Shown here: piece by piece, positions 1 through 9,172 of the stretch
How positions within the stretch are numbered: the stretch's first letter is position 1
Layout: every line of letters starts with the position of its first letter
Origin: a virus
Lineage: Duplodnaviria; Caudoviricetes
Virus record (IMG/VR): IMGVR_UViG_3300038988_000082
Span: 1 to 52,344 of that record
DNA length: 52,344 bases
Strand: one strand, 5' to 3'
The notes under the pieces: generated by a model
Databases searched by the model: none
Seen by the model: the letters and a program-made list of their open reading frames with translations, nothing else
Told to the model about the DNA's origin: nothing
Program-made: the position numbers and the translations under genes

Positions 1-2
1 TA

Positions 3-1199
3 AATGCCGTCAAGGACATGAAAAATGGGTGCATCCTTTGCGGTGGTGTGGGGAGCGGTAAATCAAGAACCGCTCTCGCATACTTTTATATTGAGCATGG
101 GGGAAAACTCGGCACTGGTAAATATGAGTACATGACTAAACAGCCTAAAGATTTATACATCATAACTACGGCACGAAAAAGAGATTCGTTAGAATGGGAA
201 GCCGAACTCCCTCAATTTCTTCTATCCAATCATCAAGAAGTTAATTATTATGGTAATAAAATTATTATTGATTCTTGGAATAATATTAGAAAGTATGCAG
301 AAGTTAAGGACGCTTTCTTTATATTTGATGAGCAAAGGGTAATCGGAAGTGGAGCTTGGGTAAAGTCTTTTCTAAAGATTGCAAAAAACAACAAATGGAT
401 ATTACTGTCGGCAACGCCTGGAGATACTTGGAATGATTATATTCCAGTCTTCGTTGCGAACGGCTTCTATAGAAACAAAACCGATTTTGTATTGCAACAT
501 GTAATTTATAAACGGTTTAGTAAATTTCCTCAAGTTGATAGGTATGTTAATACGAGACGACTAGTTCGACTGCGTGATAGCATTCTTGTCAATATGGAAT
601 TTGATCGTCATACAGTACCACATCATAAGGACGTTTATGTGGATTACGACGAACTCACGTATAAAAACGTTATGAAGAATAGGTGGGATATTTATAACAA
701 TTGCCCAATCGAGAACGCGGCAGGGTTATGTTATATTCTAAGGAAAATTGTTAATACGGATCCAACCAGAGCGGAAGAGGTATTACGACTTTTTGATAGG
801 CATCGGCGTTTAATTATATTCTATAATTTTGACTATGAATTAGATCTTCTAAAGGGGATAAATTATGGAGCAAACGTTGAAATTGCTGAATGGAATGGGC
901 ATAAACATCAGCCCTTACCAGAAGGGAATGATTGGGTATATCTTGTTCAATATACCGCTGGATGCGAAGCTTGGAACTGCATTAAGACGGATGCAATTGT
1001 GTTCTACTCTCAAAACTACTCGTATAAAGTTATGGTGCAGGCAGCGGGTCGAATTGACAGAATGACTACGCCATATACAGATTTATATTATTATCACCTT
1101 AAAAGCAGAGCAAGTATTGATCTTATGATAGCTAGAGCTTTAAGTGCTAAAAAGAATTTCAATGAACGAAAATTTATAGATGGAAGGAGTGCTGCATAA
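3..1199 (+). CDS. Superfamily 2 (SNF2/DEAD-like) helicase, probably N-terminally truncated by the window edge
   Basis: Walker A GGVGSGKS, motif II FIFDEQ, motif III LSATP, motif VI QAAGRIDR; frame is open upstream of ATG 18 (NAVKD-MKNG). Confidence 0.88.
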   Translation, partial: NAVKDMKNGCILCGGVGSGKSRTALAYFYIEHGGKLGTGKYEYMTKQPKDLYIITTARKRDSLEWEAELPQFLLSNHQEVNYYGNKIIIDSWNNIRKYAEVKDAFFIFDEQRVIGSGAWVKSFLKIAKNNKWILLSATPGDTWNDYIPVFVANGFYRNKTDFVLQHVIYKRFSKFPQVDRYVNTRRLVRLRDSILVNMEFDRHTVPHHKDVYVDYDELTYKNVMKNRWDIYNNCPIENAAGLCYILRKIVNTDPTRAEEVLRLFDRHRRLIIFYNFDYELDLLKGINYGANVEIAEWNGHKHQPLPEGNDWVYLVQYTAGCEAWNCIKTDAIVFYSQNYSYKVMVQAAGRIDRMTTPYTDLYYYHLKSRASIDLMIARALSAKKNFNERKFIDGRSAA

Positions 1200-1357
1200 T
1201 GGAAGGAAATCTGAAAGAGGTATATTTTGACCAGTACTGTCCTACTTGTGAAAATAAGGACAAACCGGAAGGCGATGATCCTTGCAATGAATGCTTGGAT
1301 ACGCCAGCAAACGTTGACTCGCACAAGCCCATCAACTATAAAGAGAAGGAGGGCTGA
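1199..1357 (+). CDS. Small Cys-rich (CxxC...CxxC) protein, 52 aa, not in ORF track
   Basis: TAATG overlap with helicase stop, GGAAGGAG RBS; MEGNLKEVYFDQYCPTCENKDKPEGDDPCNECLDTPANVDSHKPINYKEKEG. Confidence 0.75.
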   Translation: MEGNLKEVYFDQYCPTCENKDKPEGDDPCNECLDTPANVDSHKPINYKEKEG

Positions 1358-1358
1358 C

Positions 1359-1619
1359 ATGGCTACTGTTAAAGAAGTATCAGCAAATTTAAAGATAGCT
1401 CAAGAACTCTTTAAAGAGTCGGCCCCTCCAATTTCTCAATTGGCAAAAGATGCTTTAGATACTATCGAATCCCAACAGGCATTTATAGACCTAGTTGGAA
1501 CGTTGCCAAATTGTAATGACTGTTTTAATAAATTTTGTTGTATTAGGCCACAAATTGGAACTGTGGTACGTTATAATTGCGCATTTCATATGCCTGGCTT
1601 TACTTCTAAACTTAATTGA
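1359..1619 (+). CDS. Hypothetical protein with Cys-rich C-terminus
   Basis: AAGGAGG RBS before ATG 1359 (MATVKEV...). Confidence 0.7.
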   Translation: MATVKEVSANLKIAQELFKESAPPISQLAKDALDTIESQQAFIDLVGTLPNCNDCFNKFCCIRPQIGTVVRYNCAFHMPGFTSKLN

Positions 1620-1631
1620 AAGGAGAACAAG

Positions 1632-1844
1632 ATGGAGGACTGTGTTTTGGTAAGTTTTGTTGATCCGACGAATGGCGATATGCCCATATTGATTGTCGGT
1701 CGGCAAAAAAGCGAGGGAAATCTGGACATTATAAATGCTTTTCAAGGTAAAGAAGCTAAAGAAATTTATGAAAAGCTCACCTCTATATCTGGTTCCCCCG
1801 CAGCAGGTTTAAGACCCAAAGGCCTGGATAAATTCCAGCCATAA
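1632..1844 (+). CDS. Hypothetical protein
   Basis: GAAAGGAG RBS, 70 aa ORF. Confidence 0.75.
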   Translation: MEDCVLVSFVDPTNGDMPILIVGRQKSEGNLDIINAFQGKEAKEIYEKLTSISGSPAAGLRPKGLDKFQP

Positions 1845-1869
1845 TTAAAATAAAAGGAGAAAAGTAAAA

Positions 1870-2427
1870 ATGAGCGTAACCTATTTCGGAGTAGACATGT
1901 TGACCTTCAACCCCGTAGGATCTAAAGAGTCCTATAAAGGGAACCTGCTAAAGAAATGGTTCGAAATGCAGGCCGAGTCATCCAAGCGAGCTGAGCAAGC
2001 CCTGGAAACGTATTGGGGTGAAGAAGCAAAGAAAAACAAGACGTGCCCGTCCAATTACTCCTATTATTTTGTCAAAGAAACACCGGGTGCGGCGCGCTAC
2101 CAGCTCATAAGAGACCGGTCAAAATCTCCAGACAAAACTCAGGTCGGAGCAGCACATTCGCGGGCTTCCAGGGTAGCTACAGGAGCCATAGAAATGGCTG
2201 GCGGGGTAATGACCGCGTTAAGAATGAAACCGGAAGTCGTAGCGTGGATTCAGGAAAATCTCGACATGGATATTGCGAATGTGTACTTTAAAGCAATAGA
2301 TGACATGATAGACGCGACTAAACGTTTTGAAAAGGCCGAGGATGCTCTTATTCAGGCCTTTGATCAGATCGAGAAGGAAAAAGAGGTTCCTCTCGACTCG
2401 GTGATACCTAAGGGGCTTGAAATATAG
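1870..2427 (+). CDS. Hypothetical protein
   Basis: AAAGGAG RBS, 185 aa ORF. Confidence 0.75.
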   Translation: MSVTYFGVDMLTFNPVGSKESYKGNLLKKWFEMQAESSKRAEQALETYWGEEAKKNKTCPSNYSYYFVKETPGAARYQLIRDRSKSPDKTQVGAAHSRASRVATGAIEMAGGVMTALRMKPEVVAWIQENLDMDIANVYFKAIDDMIDATKRFEKAEDALIQAFDQIEKEKEVPLDSVIPKGLEI

Positions 2428-2461
2428 CCCCTACCTCTTTATTGTTAAAAGGAGACTAATT

Positions 2462-2770
2462 ATGGCAGACAATTATTTTGATATCAGAAAACCGGAGCAA
2501 CCAAAACCAACACTTGCCGACCTTACGGCCATTCCAGATCCTGCTTCAGATCAAGGAGCATTTTTTAATACTCTTATGACCGATATTAAAAAACAGATTG
2601 ACGAGGCCGCTACTAAACATGCCATGCAAAAAGTTTCAGAGTTTGCAAAAGAAGTAATGGCGCAAAAAGATGAGGCCGTGGCAAGAGTTATGAGAGCTAT
2701 TCGTGTTATTGTTAATGATGATGCAATTGACGGAAGAACTTTAAATATCAACATTCATTATCAGGAGTGA
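2462..2770 (+). CDS. Hypothetical protein
   Basis: AAAGGAG RBS before ATG 2462 (MADNYF...). Confidence 0.7.
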   Translation: MADNYFDIRKPEQPKPTLADLTAIPDPASDQGAFFNTLMTDIKKQIDEAATKHAMQKVSEFAKEVMAQKDEAVARVMRAIRVIVNDDAIDGRTLNINIHYQE

Positions 2771-2775
2771 TATTT

Positions 2776-2985
2776 ATGGCTAATATAGTAGACCGTGAAT
2801 TCTCGGAGCTAACGGACCAAATGATAATAGCTCATGAAGTTCAAGGCAAACCTCTGTCTACATTAGCTGCGATGCTCAACCGAAGCTTAAAATCGGTATT
2901 GGAGCGACGTGAATATCTTGTGCAGACGGGATACTATTATCAATATGCACAGGAAATTTATAATTATCAGAAAGATGCCGTCTAA
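2776..2985 (+). CDS. Hypothetical protein, possible HTH
   Basis: AGGAGTG RBS; GKPLSTLAAMLNRSLKSV resembles a helix-turn-helix. Confidence 0.6.
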   Translation: MANIVDREFSELTDQMIIAHEVQGKPLSTLAAMLNRSLKSVLERREYLVQTGYYYQYAQEIYNYQKDAV

Positions 2986-3232
2986 GTTGATGTATCTTGG
3001 ATATGGTGCGTACGATATTCTAATGAACGAGGCAGAACTAAGTGAATTAACCCGTCATCCGGAACTCGGTATGCTGTTTCACGGAATACCGGTGCTTCCT
3101 TTAAAGACTCTAGATGAGTTTGCGGTAACTTTTAAACTTCTGAAAGAACTTGATAAATCTGTTGCTATGGGCGAGGCGGCTATTCAAGGGTTTAAATTGG
3201 GATTGAAGGAAGGAGATAAAAATGCTGAGTGA
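2975..3232 (+). CDS. Hypothetical protein
   Basis: ORF overlapping both neighbours; start chosen at ATG 2975. Confidence 0.6.
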   Translation: MPSKLMYLGYGAYDILMNEAELSELTRHPELGMLFHGIPVLPLKTLDEFAVTFKLLKELDKSVAMGEAAIQGFKLGLKEGDKNAE

Positions 3233-3458
3233 ATTCTATGACTGGATAATTATGGCAGCGTTGCTCATTATAGCCTTTATCCTGGCGTTTGCTATATTTG
3301 AGCGAAAAAAGAAAATGGGGTATTGGGTTAAGCTTGGTACTCGAAACGAAGTATACACTTGTAACTTGTGTGATACAACTGTGTCAAACCGAACTCAGTT
3401 TTGCCCTGGTTGTGGTCACCCAATGAATGTCGGGAAGAGGAGAAACAGACATGCTTAA
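3222..3458 (+). CDS. Membrane-anchored zinc-ribbon protein
   Basis: N-terminal hydrophobic helix, CNLC...CPGCG; AAGGAG RBS. Confidence 0.7.
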   Translation: MLSEFYDWIIMAALLIIAFILAFAIFERKKKMGYWVKLGTRNEVYTCNLCDTTVSNRTQFCPGCGHPMNVGKRRNRHA

Positions 3459-3588
3459 AAAATGGCTTTTATGAGGCTTTATTAGCCTTGCAATCTTAAT
3501 CATTATATTAATGATTGCATATTTTATAAGAGCCATTATTATAATGAACTTCTTTCTCTTTATATTAAAGATTTTGGCTATGGCCTAG
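3451..3588 (+). pseudogene. Small hydrophobic ORF interrupted by in-frame TGA at codon 8
   Basis: GAGGAG RBS; MLKKWLL*GFISLAILIIILMIAYFIRAIIIMNFFLFILKILAMA* fills the gap between neighbouring genes. Confidence 0.5.
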
Positions 3589-3600
3589 AAAGGAAACAAA

Positions 3601-4257
3601 ATGGCTGAATTAAAGGATAGCGGTGAGAGAAGAGAATTCTCAACTGGAGCCGTAAGAGATATGGGCGAGGGTAAGGGGCGGTGCGATTTACTGCCCCTCG
3701 AAGTTATCGCCGAATGCTGCCCGCGCAATGGATATCAGGATGATGTGTTGCTCAACATTGAGCGATATATTCGGAGTGGTAATTTGATGAGTCTAAATAC
3801 TGCTTTGCAGGTGTTTAATATTCATCATTGGAACGACTATCCGACTATGATCCTTGAAGTATCGCATCAGTATGAGGACGGCATGCAGAAATATGGAGAA
3901 CGTAACTGGGAAAAAGGTATTAACCTCCATTGTTATATTGACTCGGCTGTGCGTCATTATCTAAAGTTTTTACGTGGTGATGACGACGAGCCACACGACA
4001 GGGCTTTCTGCTGGAACATATTGTGCGCGATATGGACTCATAAAAACAAACCTGAATTGATCGATCTGCCTTTTGCAATTTGTGAAACCGTGGTTTATGC
4101 TGATAATAAAGAGGCTGCTAAATTTTTTGGATATGACGGCATATCTGCAACTGGCGGTAAAAAATTTATGTGCCCTGATTGTGGCTATATTTCAGCGAAA
4201 CCTTCGGCGGCTTGCGCAGGGTGTGGCTCTCGAAAATGGAATCAACCGGTTAAGTAA
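3601..4257 (+). CDS. dATP/dGTP diphosphohydrolase-like (DUF5664-type) protein with C-terminal zinc ribbon
   Basis: DSGERREFSTGAVRD...KGRCDLLP, G..KYGERNWEKGI, DSAVRH...DEPH..A..WN pattern; C-terminal CPDC...CAGC. Confidence 0.72.
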   Translation: MAELKDSGERREFSTGAVRDMGEGKGRCDLLPLEVIAECCPRNGYQDDVLLNIERYIRSGNLMSLNTALQVFNIHHWNDYPTMILEVSHQYEDGMQKYGERNWEKGINLHCYIDSAVRHYLKFLRGDDDEPHDRAFCWNILCAIWTHKNKPELIDLPFAICETVVYADNKEAAKFFGYDGISATGGKKFMCPDCGYISAKPSAACAGCGSRKWNQPVK

Positions 4258-4278
4258 CAATATTAGGGGGTCTATATA

Positions 4279-4482
4279 ATGTCTAAATCTGGTGGTGACT
4301 TAAAGAAAAATGCTTCCGGTTATTCAGACCCTACGGCTTTCACAGCAATTACAAACGTTACAGAAGAAGAGAAGGCTAAATACTTGAGACGGTGCATATG
4401 TGATGCTTGCAATGTTGCTGGGTTTCGAATAGAAGGTCGTATTGTGTTGGTCCACAAGTATTCGGGAAACAAATACAAATAA
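4279..4482 (+). CDS. Hypothetical protein
   Basis: 67 aa ORF, GGGGG RBS, NASGYSDPTA motif. Confidence 0.7.
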   Translation: MSKSGGDLKKNASGYSDPTAFTAITNVTEEEKAKYLRRCICDACNVAGFRIEGRIVLVHKYSGNKYK

Positions 4483-4510
4483 TAGGTTATTGAAAGGAGA
4501 AAAGTAAAAA

Positions 4511-5302
4511 ATGAAAGCAAGTTGTTGTGATTCTTTAGAGAGAAAAGGTAGAGTCTATTGGTTTATTAGGAGGGTAATTCAATTTATCCGATATCTGCCG
4601 TGCAGGTTCAAAAAGTCAAATATGCAATCTTGGGCTGAGCGAGAGGTTGAAATTGCCTGCAACTACGAAAATCCCGATAGAAAAAAAGGCGAGTTCGATT
4701 ACGGATGCTGCTGTTATGAAAGCGCGCTGAAGGCCTTCAAGAGTCTTTGTGAAGATGGTCATAGCGGGTTTAGTATTAAGATGACCCAGCATATTTTGAA
4801 CCGCCTTCTGGACGGAAAACCCCTCACTCCTATCGAAGATACCCCGGATGTTTGGAATGACTGCATTGTCAAGCAAGACGACTATATTTGCTATCAGAAC
4901 AGCCGAATGAGCTCTTTGTTCAAGTACGTATATTCTGATGGGCGCATACGGTACAGTAACGTTGATCAGTATTACTGTATTGACATTAACAATCCCGACA
5001 GCGCGTACACAACTGGCCTTGTGTCAAGAATAATTGAGGAATTGTTCCCGATCACAATGCCTTACTATCCAGGCGGGCCGATTAAGGTCTATTGCGAGGA
5101 TTTCTTGACAGACCTGAAGAATGGTGATTACGACACCAAAGGCATATTTTATGCCATTAAGCCGGACGGCGAACGGGTCGAGATCAACCGGTTCTTCAAA
5201 GAGCCGGAAACATCTGGAAAGGGTAATTTCTTTGCACAATGGGACGAGATTACCAAAGAGGAATATGAGGCGAGGAAAGCCTCAAAAATAGAAAGGAGAT
5301 AA
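4511..5302 (+). CDS. Hypothetical phage protein
   Basis: Strong GAAAGGAG RBS; 263 aa (alternative start 4622). Confidence 0.8.
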   Translation: MKASCCDSLERKGRVYWFIRRVIQFIRYLPCRFKKSNMQSWAEREVEIACNYENPDRKKGEFDYGCCCYESALKAFKSLCEDGHSGFSIKMTQHILNRLLDGKPLTPIEDTPDVWNDCIVKQDDYICYQNSRMSSLFKYVYSDGRIRYSNVDQYYCIDINNPDSAYTTGLVSRIIEELFPITMPYYPGGPIKVYCEDFLTDLKNGDYDTKGIFYAIKPDGERVEINRFFKEPETSGKGNFFAQWDEITKEEYEARKASKIERR

Positions 5303-5304
5303 AA

Positions 5305-5559
5305 ATGGGAGATAGTGACAAATGCTGTGCAAAGAGTAAAGAACCGGGAATTCAGAAAAAGGCGAGTGATCTGCTTGGGATGGCAAATGACATTGAAAAT
5401 ATGACAACCATTCTGCATGATCGGCTGTATGGAGCAGTCCCGGATGAATGCTGTGACAAGGCAAATGAACCGACATCTCTTAATGATGTTTTATTTCGGT
5501 GCCTAAACCAGCTAAGCAAAGCCCGGCGTTCATTGCGTGATGCCCTTGACAGACTTTAA
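5305..5559 (+). CDS. Hypothetical protein
   Basis: GAAAGGAG RBS, 84 aa. Confidence 0.7.
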   Translation: MGDSDKCCAKSKEPGIQKKASDLLGMANDIENMTTILHDRLYGAVPDECCDKANEPTSLNDVLFRCLNQLSKARRSLRDALDRL

Positions 5560-5565
5560 ACCCCG

Positions 5566-5596
5566 AAAAGGCGTAGGTATAAGGCTTACGCCTTTT
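5566..5596 (+). terminator. Intrinsic terminator-like hairpin
   Basis: AAAAGGCGTA...TACGCCTTTT inverted repeat after stop codon. Confidence 0.65.
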
Positions 5597-5654
5597 ATGA
5601 GGAGAAGAGGTGAAAGTCTCAAGATCCTCACTATATTTGAAAAGGAGAATTGTC

Positions 5655-5891
5655 ATGGAACTTAAAAACGTTAGAACCGCACAAATCTTCAAAGATGAAC
5701 AGTGGGTAGACATTAAACCCATTGATATTAAGGCTGGTGACCGATTCAGGATGTTTGAACCTAATGGCACGCCAGTCATAGGGCCGCATGGAACTACCAG
5801 CTGGATCGCTTCAAAAGACGCGTTTGTCAATGATATTGGCATTGTGCAAGTAAACAATGTTGGTATCAAGTTTAAAGGAGAAGAGTTATAA
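5655..5891 (+). CDS. Hypothetical protein
   Basis: GAAAAGGAG RBS before ATG 5655 (MELKNV...). Confidence 0.7.
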   Translation: MELKNVRTAQIFKDEQWVDIKPIDIKAGDRFRMFEPNGTPVIGPHGTTSWIASKDAFVNDIGIVQVNNVGIKFKGEEL

Positions 5892-5900
5892 TTACCTTTC

Positions 5901-5925
5901 AGCGAAATAAACCACTTCCTTTATG
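5901..5925 (+). promoter_or_regulatory. Phage promoter-like motif, variant copy (AGCG-N6-ACC-N9-ATG)
   Basis: Same spacing as the CGCG-N6-ACA-N9-ATG family; intergenic. Confidence 0.55.
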
Positions 5926-5951
5926 AAGTAACAATTAAAGAGGTGTGAATT

Positions 5952-6104
5952 GTGACAATAATATTCGAAAAGGATAACAGCATGTCAAAAAACAAGAAAC
6001 GAGGAACAGGAGGATTAATCTTAGATTTGATTTTAGTATTTTGTACAAGTGGGGTATGGCTTGTCTGGATACTGATTCGATATTTAAGGAACGGTCACGG
6101 CTAA
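5952..6104 (+). CDS. Small membrane protein, not in ORF track (start GTG 5952 or ATG 5982)
   Basis: MSKNKKRGTGGLILDLILVFCTSGVWLVWILIRYLRNGHG; GAGGTG RBS before the GTG. Confidence 0.65.
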   Translation: MTIIFEKDNSMSKNKKRGTGGLILDLILVFCTSGVWLVWILIRYLRNGHG

Positions 6105-6136
6105 TTTAATTGAAAATTGAAAGGAAAATTAATAAA

Positions 6137-6622
6137 ATGAAGAAAATTTTAGGTTTAATGATGGTTGTATTGATACTATTATTAACGGCCTGCTCGATGC
6201 AGGCAGCACCTGTGAATCCGAATTACAAACCGGATGTGCAAACACCGGCACCTACAATGGAGCCGGAAACAGTTCAGGAAACGCCGACAGTGGCGCCTGT
6301 GAAGACTGAGGAATCAGTCGATCCCGATGTATTATATGCGGGAATGATTCCGGATCCTGCGGCTATATTTGCCAACGGAGACGTAACCATCACAGATAGT
6401 GATGGAGGAAAGGCTTATATATTTGAGGTGACCGGTTATAATACTGAAGAGTATGAAACCTACATATCTCAATGTAAAGAGATGGGGTTTACTGACGTAT
6501 CATTTGAAACCGACGAAGACTTTGGAGCATATTCTGAAGATGGTCGTTATTGGGTTCAATTAAGTATAGACAATGACAAGGATATTCTATACGTGATATG
6601 CCAAACGAGTAGAAACAAGTAG
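6137..6622 (+). CDS. Lipoprotein
   Basis: Signal peptide MKKILGLMMVVLILL followed by lipobox LTAC, a Pro/Thr/Glu linker and an acidic domain. Confidence 0.82.
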   Translation: MKKILGLMMVVLILLLTACSMQAAPVNPNYKPDVQTPAPTMEPETVQETPTVAPVKTEESVDPDVLYAGMIPDPAAIFANGDVTITDSDGGKAYIFEVTGYNTEEYETYISQCKEMGFTDVSFETDEDFGAYSEDGRYWVQLSIDNDKDILYVICQTSRNK

Positions 6623-6634
6623 GCTTATAAGACT

Positions 6635-6662
6635 GAGGCTAAAATAAGGCCTCTTTCTTTTC
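6635..6662 (+). terminator. Intrinsic terminator closing the lipoprotein cassette
   Basis: GAGGC-TAAAATAAG-GCCTC-TTTCTTTT. Confidence 0.7.
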
Positions 6663-6676
6663 TGGAAGGAGAGATT

Positions 6677-6931
6677 ATGGAACCAAAGCATACCTTTGTT
6701 TTCTTAGTAATGAATGCTCAGGTGCCTGGGGTCTTCATAGATGGCTGTAAAATGTCAGTAGTAGATTGTCAATACGGTTGGCATACCGCCGATGATAAAG
6801 GACCTGGAGAATCGACCGTTACTGTTAGTGGATATTTTCGAAGTTTACCTCCGGAATTAGTAGAAGCTGGTAGTCAAACTTTAAGATCTTTTAAATACAA
6901 TTTTATAACAAAGGAGTTAACTGAATTATGA
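6677..6931 (+). CDS. Hypothetical protein
   Basis: GGAAGGAG RBS, 84 aa. Confidence 0.7.
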   Translation: MEPKHTFVFLVMNAQVPGVFIDGCKMSVVDCQYGWHTADDKGPGESTVTVSGYFRSLPPELVEAGSQTLRSFKYNFITKELTEL

Positions 6932-7275
6932 GAATCCTTATATCAATGACTGAAAAAGAGATCAAACAATTAGGTAATGGCCAGCCTATATCTATTAGCT
7001 TCGCAAACGCCAATCTTTATAACCTAACAGAAATAGTCATCGAGCAAAGACCAAAAACGCCAAAAGTCATTCTTGAGGATTGCAAAATATGCGGCGCGGC
7101 AAAGTCGTTTAAAGTAGACAACCGGCTTGATGATATGGTACGAGGAAGCTGTAAGGATTGTGGATTTAGTGGGCTCATCTCCTCAGATCGTGTTATATTA
7201 GATCCGCATTTGAAAGATTCGGCGCTTGCTGATATGATAAGGGATAAATTATCGAAAGGGGAATTAAAATTGTGA
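6928..7275 (+). CDS. Hypothetical protein with zinc ribbon
   Basis: ATGA overlap; CKIC...CKDC. Confidence 0.7.
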   Translation: MRILISMTEKEIKQLGNGQPISISFANANLYNLTEIVIEQRPKTPKVILEDCKICGAAKSFKVDNRLDDMVRGSCKDCGFSGLISSDRVILDPHLKDSALADMIRDKLSKGELKL

Positions 7276-7805
7276 TAGAAGTAAATACAAGTCCATTTAT
7301 TGATAATTGCCAGGATTATACAAACTATATCATTGAGCATAAAAATAATGTGATTGCCGCGTTTGAACAAATACGACCAAAAATTGAAGCGATGCTTCCG
7401 AGTCTAATACCGGCCTTAGAAAAAATTATATCTGAACATGATAAATCCAAATGGTTGCCCGATGAGTATGATGCCTATGCGGACCATTTTTATCGTGGAA
7501 CCGGGACTCAAAAAGAATTTGATCGAGCGTGGCTTCTTCATATTCATAGAAATCCGCACCACTGGCAACATTGGTTGCTAAAAGAAGATAATGGAAATAC
7601 AAAGGCCCTGGATATGCCATTCATATACATTATAGAGATGATATGTGATTGGCATTCGTTTTCGGCTAAGAAGCCCGAATCTACCGCTTTCAACTGGTTT
7701 AAAGATAATAAATACAAAATGGTTTTGTCAGAGCAAACCGAGAATGACGTAACATATTTTGTGCAGTTTCTTAGAGACCCATTATTGAAAGGAGATAAAA
7801 AATGA
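7272..7805 (+). CDS. HD-like metal-dependent phosphohydrolase (DUF5662-type)
   Basis: HK..V, EHDKSK, WLLHIHRNPHHWQHW, DMP...EMICDW motif set. Confidence 0.7.
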   Translation: MIEVNTSPFIDNCQDYTNYIIEHKNNVIAAFEQIRPKIEAMLPSLIPALEKIISEHDKSKWLPDEYDAYADHFYRGTGTQKEFDRAWLLHIHRNPHHWQHWLLKEDNGNTKALDMPFIYIIEMICDWHSFSAKKPESTAFNWFKDNKYKMVLSEQTENDVTYFVQFLRDPLLKGDKK

Positions 7806-8842
7806 AGTGTTTTTACCATGCGGATGCTGATGGCCGGTGTGCTGGATTCTGGGTACTCGCAAAAGGCGTATTTGAAGGCGATGAGCTTGGTTATTTCATT
7901 GAAATCAACTATGGCAAGCCGTTTCCTCTAGACATCATCCAGCCAAATGAAGTGGTCTATATTGTAGACTATTCAATTGAACCGGAAGAAATGATTGAGC
8001 TGCTAAAAATCACTCAAAACGTGATATGGATTGACCACCACAAAACAGCCATTGAGAAGTATGCCGATTTTCCGTATCGTGTCAAAGGCCTCCGTAAGGA
8101 CGGCATTGCTGGGTGTATGCTCACATATTGTTTTCTAAATATTATGTGTGACAGCACTGGCGAGATTATTCGACCTTTTGATATGTGGATGACGGATTCT
8201 GCCCCAATGTTTACCAAGCTTATTGCAGATTGGGATGTGTGGAAGTTTGAGTTTGGAGATGATACGCGTAATTTCATCACAGCCTTCAATGCGTACGACT
8301 TTGCTCCTAATAGTAATAACTGGGAAAATTTTATTAACCGTGTTGATGAGGACCCGAATCGCAACATGTATAACGATCATTATACAATGGAACTTATTCA
8401 TCAAGGCGCAATAATGCGGTTATATCGTGATCATTGGGCAAAGGAATACTGTCGTACAAAAGGGTTTGAAGTTGAACTTGAGGGGTATAAGGCGTACGCT
8501 CTAAATCTCGGGCTCTGTAATAGCGAATATTTTAAGAGCATTGAGTACAAAGAGTACGATATTCTCATGCCTTTCTGCTTTGATGGAAAACTCTGGGTAT
8601 TCAGTTTATATTCAAAGACCATCGATGTATCTGAGATTGCAAAACGATATGGTGGCGGCGGTCATCGTGGCGCTGCTGGATTTCAGATGGATTATTTACC
8701 ATCGTTTGTTGACGAGCGTTTGACGCGTTATGAAAGGTTTTGCGGATTTGATTTAGCGTCTGGACCAGCTCCGGAATTTATGAAAAAAGAATTTATTATT
8801 CCCGTAAAAAATGACGAGGAATTGAAAAAACCTCAAGGTTAG
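7802..8842 (+). CDS. DHH/DHHA1 phosphoesterase (nanoRNase-like)
   Basis: YHADADG, IVDYS, WIDHHKT and GGGGHRGAAGF motifs. Confidence 0.88.
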   Translation: MKCFYHADADGRCAGFWVLAKGVFEGDELGYFIEINYGKPFPLDIIQPNEVVYIVDYSIEPEEMIELLKITQNVIWIDHHKTAIEKYADFPYRVKGLRKDGIAGCMLTYCFLNIMCDSTGEIIRPFDMWMTDSAPMFTKLIADWDVWKFEFGDDTRNFITAFNAYDFAPNSNNWENFINRVDEDPNRNMYNDHYTMELIHQGAIMRLYRDHWAKEYCRTKGFEVELEGYKAYALNLGLCNSEYFKSIEYKEYDILMPFCFDGKLWVFSLYSKTIDVSEIAKRYGGGGHRGAAGFQMDYLPSFVDERLTRYERFCGFDLASGPAPEFMKKEFIIPVKNDEELKKPQG

Positions 8843-8844
8843 GT

Positions 8845-9138
8845 CTGCCCATTTTGTGTTTAGAAAGTGGGCATATTTGGGTATTTTGCCCGGTTTTGTT
8901 TAAAGTAGTTGTGAGGACGGTGGTGATTTCTCATAAAAATTCACTCAAAACCGGGTTTTCTGCCCACTTTTATGGCCAAAAAGCCCACTTTTAAAAGTGA
9001 AAGTGGGCACGAAAAATGGCTTTAAATAGGGCAAAAACGGCATTTTAGCCCACTTGCCCACTTTATTTCTCAATTAATTGTGATAAAAAAATTAATAATA
9101 TATAATAGTATCTCAAAAAAAGTGGGTTTTTGGGCAGA
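8845..9138. repeat. Cluster of GCCCACTT/AAGTGGGC direct and inverted repeats with AT-rich tract; probable replication origin
   Basis: GCCCACTT at 8962, 8983, 9048, 9056; reverse copies at ~8865, 9001, ~9120; variants at 8847, 8888; AT-rich 9064-9120. Confidence 0.7.
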
Positions 9139-9172
9139 GACTATATTTTTATATCAAAAGGAGACTAAAACT

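Noticed and set aside
3472-3474. Genome-wide TGA recoding
   Set aside because: TGA terminates bona fide genes (RNAP, major tail, tape measure, SSB) and long ORFs are intact in the standard code
3601-7805. Complete 2-aminoadenine (Z) genome pathway
   Set aside because: No PurZ/adenylosuccinate-synthetase-like ORF recognised
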